Assembly (NCBI GenBank): GCA_002633005.1
Contig: NMRA01000305.1
Coordinates: 367,110-431,109 of the forward strand
DNA from: Phoronis australis
Lineage: Eukaryota; Animalia; Phoronida
Length of the DNA stretch: 64,000 nt
Reading direction: 5' to 3'
A program made the translations under genes and the position numbers. Positions 27,201 to 39,200 of the stretch are shown one piece after another. How positions within the stretch are numbered: the stretch's first letter is position 1; each line of letters opens with the position of its first letter. Below the pieces are notes generated by a model. That model searched no databases. It worked only from the letters and a program-made list of their open reading frames with translations, and was not told the origin of the DNA.

Positions 27201-30200
27201 GTCAATGTCCTACATGGTCTGAGTATTAGTTTTGTCCAATTAATGGTGATGTAGCTTGCCACTGTGTTGCAGGCAGATTGAACCCCTGGGGTGCTGCAGC
27301 TCAGTTCAGTTTTTGGTCTGAAGGTTTGAAGCATGTTGGAGTTTTGTGACAGTGGCACAGTTTTATTGTGATGGCGTCAAAGTGTGACTGCGTTGCAACG
27401 ATAAAGTTGCGACAGGCACGAAATACGCAAAAATCAGGCCCTCGTATTTACTGATGGTCTGTCTCTCAGCTGCAGGTTTTTCAGTTCTGTTGTGTTATTA
27501 TGCATATCATTTGATCAGTCAAGCCTTTTTTCCTTGAAAAGGTTTTTTCATCAAATATATTTGCTGTAATGTAATTTTCCTGTCTTTTTATACTAATCGT
27601 TGGCTCTGTCTATTGAAAATTAACCTATTCATGATTTGATTTTAAGAAATGAATTACTGTTCAGTGCTCAACACCTAGCTTGAGGCAAAGTCCATTTGGC
27701 GATGAAATCTGAATTCGCGAAAAAAGATCGTACTCCATTATCTGAAAATTATGCATTCCTCAATATCTAAATCAAGTCCTGATAATGAAGAATGCTGATG
27801 ATTGCATACACTGGTGGAGTGTGTTTCATGGCCCGATCTTGTCCGATTTTTGCCAAAGAATTCTAACGCGTCTGTGTATTTCCTGTTGTAATTTAAGCGC
27901 GTTTGACGTGTGCTAAATGAAAATACACTGATTTCAGGAATTTATGAGATCTGTAGTGATCCAAAGGTATCAAATCTAGGAAAGGTGTTTGCAATATAAA
28001 GTTTGCAATTAACCACAAACTTTGTAATAAATTTCAGGGAAATTATTGTCTGACTTCGATACACGCTGTGGTGATTTGGGATTTTTCCCAGGATGCCAAA
28101 CACAGTCTGCAGGTCACCGACTCAAGGACTGCTGTGTAGATAGGGTGTACTCATTTGGAATGTTACTTCATTGATTTATACACCTTTGGTACATCCAATC
28201 AGTGAAAGCTTAGTTTCTTGGCTGCGCACGTTGTCCAGGCGCACCTGATTGTTTTATTGAATATTTACAATAGTTAGCGATAATTCACTTATTTCTAGTG
28301 GAAGTTATCTCGAAAATTGTATTTTTTGATTTGTCAAAGATTGATTACCTTGTTGCATGTAATAGAAACTTTACCAAATGTTGTTTTACTATAGTCTGGT
28401 CTGCACGCCACCTGTTGGCCACATCACTAGGTCACGTTCATTTGGTCACAAGATGTGGCCAACAGGTGGCGTGTTTACATTTTAAAAGGTTGATTACCTC
28501 GCTGCCATTAACGGAAACTTTGCCAAATGGTTTTTGTGACATCTTCGCAGTAGTAGACTAAATTTTGTTAATATTTATTTTTGTTGAGAAATTTGACAAA
28601 ATAAAATTTCATTTCTGTCACCGGATTGTGCGCTAAATATGCAAGGAACTATCGTATGCCAGCAAATCATATAAGGTTAATGTACAATAAACTTATGGAA
28701 GAAATATGTGGTTTTGTCAAATTTTGTAGAACTTCATCAGTCTGTTTTTGGATCCATTTTCCTTTTCTTCTGTAATTTGACAACTTGGCTCTGCAAAATT
28801 TTACTAAGTTGCTTTTTGGATGTACGGTGTTGAACGATTTTTTCTGTGATCGAAAACTCCCCCGCAAAGTTGATCAAATGTCTGTGTTCTTTCATCCATG
28901 TTGGAAAATCTCGAGCCATGTTTGAAAAGCTCTGAGCCATGTTTAAAATCTTGTGCTATGTTTGAAAAGGCTGAATTTGTTTGCTTTACAAGATAAATGA
29001 TTGAAATCGCGTCTGTGCTCTTGCAACGGTAGAGAGTTACATGTCGCATGCTTCCTATTATGTTAATGTAGCAGCTAATGGGCAATGAGATTTTACAACT
29101 CGACTGATTTCTACTTCTAGTAGAAGAGTCATACCGCAATGTACTAATACCCGTTCCATACTCTGCTTGAGCGCATCCACGTGACTTACTCAGTTAATAA
29201 TTGAAACACACTCAGATTACATGGGGGAATTGCGTTGCGTGATATGAAGAAGTGGGTTACACCATCAGACACTATGGAGGCTATCTATCTACTCAATGTT
29301 GTAGTTACACTTTCAGGTGTAGATTCAGCCTTAGTTTCCTATTGCCGCAGCTTAGATGTATACACTTTCACTGGAATCTCTGTGCTACCTTATTTCCTGC
29401 CATCGCCCTTGTGGACATTTTCATACGGTTCACTTTTATTATCAATTTCCTGTTGCCGTAGATACTGCTGTCAATCCTGGATACCTTGTTAGATGCGTTC
29501 CTTAATGTTAGGGGTTAGTTCATGCCATAGTTGGTGGGAGGAAATACATCCATTAATGCAAGTTAGTTGTAAGTGAAAGCTTGTTCGATTTCGTGCTTTG
29601 CTTGTGAAATGTGGCGATATGAGATATCACTTGGAGATATGGGAAAACTCGCAAGAAGCTTGCCTCGTTAAAGGCACTCTGGCCATTCAGTATTGTATGT
29701 TGCCTGCCTCTCCTTAGAAATGATGAAAGCCTGGTAAATATAAGTAGTCACACTGCTAAAGCTGCTCTGTGTATTCTTATAAAGGGATCTTTATGTTGAT
29801 TCACACTCCATTCTAAAGAGTTTTAACACAACAGTTAAAATTAAATGGGTGCTGAATGTACTCTGGGATCCCTTTCCTGAAAGTGACTTCAAGGCCCTTT
29901 TATATTGACTTAACTCTGGTCTGTGCGGAGCGTTGACCTAAACAGCGCAGTTAACTGGACCATTCATACTGGCTTCGGTAGTTAATGAACATTGAAGTAA
30001 GCGGTTGGTGCCGCTGTTGTCATCGAAGTTATCGCAAGGTAGCGCTGCACGCTAAGATTTTTTTAATGTTTCAATTTGGAAATATTCACATGTGCTAAGT
30101 GACATTAAACTTATTACTTGGCGGAATTCTTCCGCCAAGTATGTTGCTCTTTTTTTTTTGTTTGTTCGCTCTCTACAGGTCGCAATTCTGGTCCGATTTT

Positions 30201-33200
30201 CACGAAATTTGCACACAACATGTAGATCGGGAATCACTGGAACGCTATTGTTTTTGGTCATGATCGGATACAAAATGGCGGACGTGGCGGCCATTTTGTA
30301 TCCGATTTCATTTTTAAATCGATTGGTAATTATTAGACCAAAATATAAGCAGTTATTAGTGACGGCACTAGCTTGTAACTGTTGACGATAACAGTGGCAC
30401 CTGGCGATAACTTCGATTGGACCGGAGTTAAGCGTTCATACTGACCGCAACTCCCCAAACCATCGACGCGTCGACGTTAGTATGAAAGGCCCTTTAGACT
30501 TATGGCAGAAATTTGGTTTTACGCTCCACAGTTCTCGAATAAAGGTTTGGCCTACTGTTAGAACATCACAATCAGAAGTGATTTATAGAAATTATCTCTG
30601 TAACTGTCAGTTGTGTGTATATTCTCGATATTCGTACTTTTGGTCAACTGAGATGTAGTTGTTTTTCAGAAATAGTTGTGTAAAGTGTGTAAGATGGAAT
30701 TTTTGTCTTAAATCTTAAGTCAGTTTTCTTTAAACAGAGGCCATTGTCTGAAAAGGTGTGAAGCACAAAACTTTACCATTGCACGATACGATGAATTCTG
30801 TCCTAAGTTATCAAATGAATACATAAAATAATGACTTCGTGTATCGCATCGAGGACTGAAAAACACTTGGATAATAGTGAGACTTTGTGTCAGAGATGCT
30901 TTCAGTTGGTTCTGTGGTAGGCTGGGAAGAGTGGAAGACGTGGTTACTTGTAAAATCGGCTAATTTTACGTGTTCACCTATGAGGCAGTTTTAGGTAGAT
31001 GTTGGTTGTTCTTTGCCTCAAATTCGTTGTGCTTGTCAGAAAATTTTTTCATTATTGCTGTAAATTCAGCTTCTCTCTGCAGTTAAGATCTACTAGTGTC
31101 GGTATGTTTTGCTACTTTGACATTTGAGCCATGGAAAAGTTAAGAATTGGACAAGTTTGTCATTGATGTCAGACGTCATTATGAATCGTAGATTAGAGAT
31201 TTTCTGCTTTTCACTACAACTAAAAGGTTGGTCTTAAACCGAAATATCCTTGGCTTTGTTGATCATGGTTGTATTATGTACACACTGAATGATTGATAAA
31301 GAGGTTTGATCCACTTCACTCTCTGACAACCAGTTGACCAAGCAGATGTGCATTGTGCATCAACTGGCCGACTTATACAGGTTCTGGGTCCAGCTGGGAA
31401 ATCTTAGAGGCCCTGCATGCGTTCCTTTGTAGGGCTCTTTGTATATTTGAGAGATGTGTTTGTGGACTGAGACCACTTTATGCATTGGTATGCCAATGCT
31501 GGTTCAGTGGTCCAAATGAGGGATATAGAGGCCAGTTGCATGCCTGTAACTCCATGCTAGTTGGATGTGTATTGTCATAGCAGTGTGTGTAAATTAAGTT
31601 ACCTGTACTTGCTGTTTGTCTTTCCTCCATTGTAAGTGTTTGGACAAGGACCCACTGCACACATTTAGCTTGGACCTGGTGTTCAAATGATCAGCCATAA
31701 CGGTTATACTTGAATTCATGGCGGCATACTCTCTGTGTAGGCTAGTCTCAAGATCACGTGCATGGCCAGGTAAAAAAGAGCTTGATAATACTTGGTGTTC
31801 AGGTGTGTAGGCTAGCCTTACCTTAATTGGATATTGCGTAGGCAGCGCTTAATAGTTGCGATATTGGAGTTCAAGTGATGGCAACTTGAAATGCGGACCA
31901 ACGAAGCATTTATAGGGGCAAGTTGTGTTAGTAGTGAATTGCGACCATTCTACCGCAAAACAATTGTATGGGGGGGATTGTCCTTGTGAATGAGAAATCT
32001 GTCTAATCTGGCTGGTCTACCAGTTTACTTACTGTACTATATGACATGGGTGTAGTAATTCTACGGTGTGCAAATGACGTCAACTGAACCGAAGCACCTT
32101 TTTTGTTTGGGATGTGGTACCTCCAACGAAACTGGACAGAGTCTTTAATTTTGTAGCAGGCTTGATATCAATAACATTACTGTATTATTATTGAAATGCG
32201 GCAAGCCCAAATGTGAAGTTGCTGTTAAGCATTAAACTTTTATAAAATTGTGACGTATAGCTAACCCCGAGTTTACTGCATGATAGAAGTATAGTTTATG
32301 AGTGATTGAGCTAAACAGGTTGCGGGCAAACATGGTCCNGTCAAGTGAGATGTAGTTGTTTTTCAGAAATAGTTGTGTAAAGTGTGTAAGATGGAATTTT
32401 TGTCTTAAATCTTAAGTCAGTTTTCTTTAAACAGAGGCCATTTTGTGATAGCAGTGTGCCTTGTCTGAAAAGGTGTGAAGCACAAAACTTTACCATTGCA
32501 CGATACGATGAATTCTGTCCTAAGTTATCAAATGAATACATAAAATAATGACTTCGTGTATCGCATCGAGGACTGAAAAACACTTGGCTAATAGTGAGAC
32601 TTGGTGTCAGAGACGCTTTCAGTTGGTTCTGTGGTAGGCTGGGAAGAGTGGAAGACGTGGTTACTTGTAAAATCGGCTAATTTTACGTGTTCACCTATGA
32701 GGCAGTTATAGGTAGATGTTGGTTGTTCTTTGCCTCAAATTCGTTGTGCTTGTCAGAAAATTTTTTATTATTGCTGTAAATTCAGCTTCTCTCTGCAGTT
32801 AAGATCTACTAGTATCGGTATGTTTTCCTACTTTGACATTCGAGCCATGGAAAAGTTAAGAATTGGAGAAGTTTGTCATTGATGGCAGACGTCATTATGA
32901 ATTGTAGATTAGAGATTTTCTGCTTTTCACTACAAGTAAAAGGTTTGATCTTAAACCCAAATATCCTTGGCTGTGTTGATCATGGTTGTATTGTGTACAC
33001 ACTGAATGGTTGATAAAGAGGTTTGATCCACTTCACTCTCTGACAACCAGTTGACCAAGCAGATGTGCATTGTTCATCAACTAGCCGACTTATACAGGTT
33101 CCGGGTCCAGCTGGGAAATCTTAGAGGCCCTGCATGCGTTCCTTTGTAGGGCTCTTTGTATATTTGAGGGATGTGTTTGTGGACTGAGACCACTTTATGC

Positions 33201-36200
33201 ATTGGTATGCCAATGCTGGTTCAGTGGTCCAAATGAGGGATATAGAGGCCAGTTGCATGCCTGTAACTCCATGCTAGTTGGATGTGTATTGTCATAGCAG
33301 TGTGTGTAAATTAAGTTACCTGTACTTGCTGTTTGTCTTTCCTCCATTGTAAGTGTTTGGACAAGGACCCACTGCACACATTTAGCTTGGACCTGGTGTT
33401 CAAATGATCAGCCATAACGGTTATACTTGAATTCATGGCGGCATACTCTCTGTGTAGGCTAGTCTCAAGATCACGTGCATGGCCAGGTAAAAAAGAGCTT
33501 GATAATACTTGGTGTTCAGGTGTGTAGGCTAGCCTTACCTTAATTGGATATTGCGTAGGCAGCGCTTAATAGTTGCGATATTGGAGTTCAAGTGATGGCA
33601 ACTTGAAATGCGGACCAACGAAGCATTTATAGGGGCAAGTTGTGTTAGTAGTGAATTGCGACCATTCTACCGCAAAACAATTGTATGGGGGGGATTGTCC
33701 TTGTGAATGAGAAATCTGTCTAATCTGGCTGGTCTACCAGTTTACTTACTGTACTATATGACATGGGTGTAGTAATTCTACGGTGTGCAAATGACGTCAA
33801 CTGAACCGAAGCACCTTTTTTGTTTGGGATGTGGTACCTCCAACGAAACTGGACAGAATCTTTAATTTTGTAGCAGGCTTGATATCAATAACATTACTGT
33901 ATATTGAAATGCGGCAAGCCCAAATGTGAAGTTGCTGTTAAGCATTAAACTTTTATAAAATTGTGACGTATAGCTAACCCCGAGTTTACTGCATGATAGA
34001 AGTATAGTTTATGAGTGATTGAGCTAAACAGGTTGCGGGCATACATGGTCCTCATACAAAACAAAGTCATTTTGCTGATTCACTCAAAATTTCCCCGTTG
34101 AGCTGTAAATATTTCAGGTTTGTTGTAGCTTTACGTTACGCGACACTGAGTTGTATTGAAATGTTGTGTTCTTTTTAGGCCCACGAGCGCACGTACTCCC
34201 ACTGGGTGGCAGCAAAAGATGAGAGGAAGGTCCAGGAACAGAGTCGACTGACGGAGAAGCTGAGGTTGCAGGCGGAGTTGATCCAAGCACAAGATGAGCT
34301 TTTCGAGAAGAGGAAGAGACAGGCGGAGGTGGCAGAGCAGAGGGTGAGTGAAGGGACAAAATGGGAGAGTGTTTGGAGAGGAGGTGAAGAAACTGCGTAT
34401 TGAAAAACAGGTGAAGAAACGGATTGGGGAGGGGAATATGTTAAAGAGGGAAATTGAGAGACAATTGATGGGTTTATGGGAAGGTGGTAGAGCGCTGGGT
34501 AGAGGAAAGGACATGTGGGNNNNNNNNNNNNNNNNNNNNNNNNNNNNNNNNNNNNNNNNNNNNNNNNNNNNNNNNNNNNNNNNNNNNNNNNNNNNNNNNN
34601 NNNNNNNNNNNNNNNNNNNNNNNNNNNNNNNNNNNNNNNNNNNNNNNNNNNNNNNNNNNNNNNNNNNNNNNNNNNNNNNNNNNNNNNNNNNNNNNNNNNN
34701 NNNNNNNNNNNNNNNNNNNNNNNNNNNNNNNNNNNNNNNNNNNNNNNNNNNNNNNNNNNNNNNNNNNNNNNNNNNNNNNNNNNNNNNNNNNNNNNNNNNN
34801 NNNNNNNNNNNNNNNNNNNNNNNNNNNNNNNNNNNNNNNNNNNNNNNNNNNNNNNNNNNNNNNNNNNNNNNNNNNNNNNNNNNNNNNNNNNNNNNNNNNN
34901 NNNNNNNNNNNNNNNNNNNNNNNNNNNNNNNNNNNNNNNNNNNNNNNNNNNNNNNNNNNNNNNNNNNNNNNNNNNNNNNNNNNNNNNNNNNNNNNNNNNN
35001 NNNNNNNNNNNNNNNNNNNNNNNNNNNNNNNNNNNNNNNNNNNNNNNNNNNNNNNNNNNNNNNNNNNNNNNNNNNNNNNNNNNNNNNNNNNNNNNNNNNN
35101 NNNNNNNNNNNNNNNNNNNNNNNNNNNNNNNNNNNNNNNNNNNNNNNNNNNNNNNNNNNNNNNNNNNNNNNNNNNNNNNNNNNNNNNNNNNNNNNNNNNN
35201 NNNNNNNNNNNNNNNNNNNNNNNNNNNNNNNNNNNNNNNNNNNNNNNNNNNNNNNNNNNNNNNNNNNNNNNNNNNNNNNNNNNNNNNNNNNNNNTTTTTT
35301 TTTTTTTTAGTCCTCCCGATTTTTTTTGTCGGGAAAAGGTTCACATTGACCAGTTCTAGGCTGGTTATCGGGCGATGATTTGGGCCATAAAAGTTTCAAA
35401 GTCTCCGCGTTTTTTGTCATTGGTCATTCCAAGCCCTGTTAGTAGCACAGTTCCCACATTTCTTTCACAACTAAATCTTTGCAAAGCAGATTTTCCTACG
35501 AAATGATTGCCCAGTTCATTTCTTATTTAGCGACATTCACCTGTTTGTGCCGCGCACTTATCAAGCTATTTTTTATTGTTTCGTAGAGGTTGATGTGCAT
35601 TATTGCATGTCTATGTGTAGTGCAAAATAAGTTTCCAGATTTACGTACAGCTTCTTTGAGGGGAATTAGTTTGTGACAGTTTTAAGAACTCGTCTAGTTT
35701 TACAAAATTTATTCAGGTTAAAAATGCATGAATTTTTATGGAACTTTCTCGAACAGGTAATAGCACTTTCCAAGATTAATGCAAATTTTAAACAGTTTGC
35801 TGGAGTTGAAAATCAAAAATATACAGTTTGAGAACAGTTTGACTGTCTTCTTCACTTGCAAATTCAAACAAAAAATAACATCTTTCAATTCACAATTTAT
35901 TTTTCTTAAAACACTCCAGCACAGGTTGTCCATGTTACAGATTTGCAATTTTGTAAAAACAAATGTCGAGTTACTGCGAAATAGGTACGATAATTGTGAC
36001 GGCTTTTCTGCAATTGGCCGCACAATGTGGCAGTTGTATGCTGTCCCAGCACTCGTACAGTGAATACAGGAGAAGCATGCTGTCCCAGCACTCGTATGGT
36101 GAATGCAGCAGTTGAATGCTGTCCCAGCACTCATGCTGTGACTACAGCAGTTATGCTGTCCCAGCACTCTTATAGTGAATGCAGCAGTTCAATGCTGTCC

Positions 36201-39200
36201 CAGCACTTGTACAGTGAATACGCTGAATGTCAGCATTGTTACAGTAATTACTTCCATTAACCTGAGATCGATAGTCGTTAATCAATTTGGTATTATTCAA
36301 CCGCACCGACTTCACTGGCAACTCCTACAGCCTCCATCAATATTTCATAAGAGTGAGCCCCCCCGGGCTACTTTCCTCCACTGCGTTCTATTGTGTGCCT
36401 TTCTATACTAACATTCCCTCTGTACACTGTGCTCAATCGAGCGCTGTCCCAACCGACCAATAGTAGCATAGGCTTGTGTTTGCTACTATTGTAAGCTGCT
36501 GTTAGTAGAGTACGTGACTTGGAGTTGGAAGGTTGGGTACAGCAACAGCCCTCGTCACCGAGTGAATGCTCGGTGGCAGGGATTGAATGTTGTGAGATGA
36601 TCGAGTCGTAAGTTTGTTTTTATATTCTATTAGAGAATTTGTTATAGCACTGCTGTGTTGGTTTTTATGGAAACAACAGCTTTGTATGCAGTGCGTGTAT
36701 AGCTATGATGGTGAATACTTCTGCAGTGAATCTGCTGTCTATGTTTGAGTCTGTACAGAGACACTATACTGTTCTTAATCAATATACATTTAGGTCTAGT
36801 TTGAATGTGACGGCATTTCCACGATAATCAGTGTTATAATTTTTCTGAAGGAATGAAAGCTTGTTAAATGCGTTTTGAACATTTTCACCATTTCTTATAG
36901 CAGTCACGGAAATTACACAAAAGTAGTCTATACTAGGAAAATGTTACTATCACGTTGAATTTTTTCATGGTCAGTTTTCATTCATTCTTGAAAACCTGCC
37001 GTTGGTAGCATTGGCTGTCTGCATACTGGAGGTCACAGTTCAGTGGACAGTGGCAGTGATAACAACTTGGGCTGGTTTTCTGCAGTGACCTCATCAATAA
37101 TTAATGTGGATGAACTGGTCACAGTTGTAGGATATTTAAGTACATCTGAATGAGTAATTCATTTGATCGACTGGTGAGTGTTTGTTGCACTGTTTATTGT
37201 TCCCTTCATTTCAATCCGCATTATGTGTTGATCGTATAATCGTAGATTTGAATTGACGCACCTAGCAGATTAAGGCTTTTTTGTCAGCCACAGTTCTGCT
37301 CTAATAGGTCAATAGGTTATTGAGGTCAGCAGATTGCTTTGCCTATAAATCAACTTATTTTCCTCTTTCAGAAGACAGGGATGTAGTACTGTAGGTAAAA
37401 ATGTTTCATACTTTCACTGAATGGTAGTCCCTACATAATGGGTCATGATTTTGGAAATGTTCAAAGCAAGTGAATATTGCTTCCTTCTATTCAGAGGTGC
37501 GGTTCTGACATATCACAGCCAGTGCACGCCGTAGCCATGGTGTGCATGGCATTTCACTTGGCTCTCTCCTCTCTTCTCTTTCCCTCTCTTTCACAATTCT
37601 ATTCAGAAAGTAGCCAACTCTTCTATTGAGCACTACATATTAGCCCTTTGTTCAGGTTGAATACTACCTAAGTTCAGTACAGTAACTGTGACTCAATCTC
37701 CTAATGGTCAGTACTTGAACTGGCCAGGTCAGCTACTTGTGGGTTCTGTGTCTGCGATTTACAGCTGCACCCAGGTGACCTGAATAAGGGATGGGTCAGT
37801 GTGGTCAGTAGCTGGTCTTCTTTGCTGGTCAAGGTTGTTTTCTTGGACGCTGGAATCATTTGTGGCCAATTAACTTGTCATTTTTGGCTTCACTTTTTGT
37901 CGTCAAAGAATGGGTTGAAGCTGTTGTCCAGAATTTACTTTGAAAACCATTACCTCTGACACATCAGTCTCCCACAGCTATTTTCTGTGGCCTATAACTA
38001 GTAACCAAGTAATGGTGGAACTCCCACTAATACTTGATCACTGGTTAGCCCCAAGAAAATAGCACCACTGGTTCTGGTTTGTTTCTCTATACCTATGTGG
38101 TGGTTTTGGTATTTTTTTAGTTGTCCATATTTTCAAAAAGGAAGCATCTCCTTATGCCAGCTGAAATGAGTCGGTGTTTGGTACGAACGCTTAACTTGGG
38201 TGTCATTGGCAGGTGTCGCTGTCAGCAACCCTGCGTGTTGTGGTATTATTTGGTATTTTTTCAAACAATCCGCATTCCACTACTAGAAGTACTTCATTTC
38301 TGTTATTACATATTCCGACCTTAAAGATAATACTTCAAATATAAAAAGATTACATTTGCATGATGTTTTTAGCACCGTTTTGTAATCACTTTGATGACCG
38401 ACGCATCAAACTGCGATAACTGTGAGGTATCGCAACCGGTGTGAAAGGTTCATCCAAGTTTGTTGTTCCCATCTACTTCCTCTGGTACTTGGGGATAAGT
38501 TGTTGGGTAAAAGGCCTATTGTCTATGATTAGATTAATCATTGTTGTATTAATTTTCTCCTGTTTCTGTCAGCTTTGCTCTTGTCAAATGTAACAAATGG
38601 TTTTGTACTGGGATGTATTAATTGTCGTCTGCCACAAATCCCCGGATTCCCTTGTGTAAATACCACAAGGTGACACCTGGTGGAGGTAACAACAGCATGC
38701 AGTTCGCTGTTTTTTTGCCTCGGTATACATCGACTTCGCGATATCCGAGGATGTTGTCCATGTAAAAAAGCCATAGTTACCACTGAGCTAGTATGGTAGC
38801 TCCTGTCTTGTCAGAGCTGAGACTCAAAATCGGCTAGAGTAATTTCACCATGAGCACAGTAAAAGGAGCGGAATTACGTTGGAACACGACTCAAAACACT
38901 TTTTCCAAATATAATTAACACGCTGTATACCAAATTGACATCACACGCCTGCTTCTAAAAGGTAACGCTCACCTTTCTGTACTCAGAATATCACCACCTT
39001 GAATGAACATTCCAAGTGCAGCTGTTAACTGCAAGAGTTTATTGTTTTTGTATTATATGACTGGTTGTCTATCACTTGAGTGGTTGTTGTTCATCATATG
39101 TGGCTGCTGTCTTAGTGTTCTGTGGCTGATTGCCCTGGCGTCCTTTGGCTATTGGTTAGTGTTTTATGGCTGGGTGCCCATCACACAGTGGCTTTTGCCC

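Noticed and set aside
34175-35378. Long ORFs of 287-389 aa in the ORF track
   Set aside because: They consist almost entirely of X from the N gap.
36030-36222. Conserved core with variable spacers, superficially CRISPR-like
   Set aside because: The spacers are similar to each other, the context is a eukaryotic intron and no cas genes are present; it is a minisatellite.
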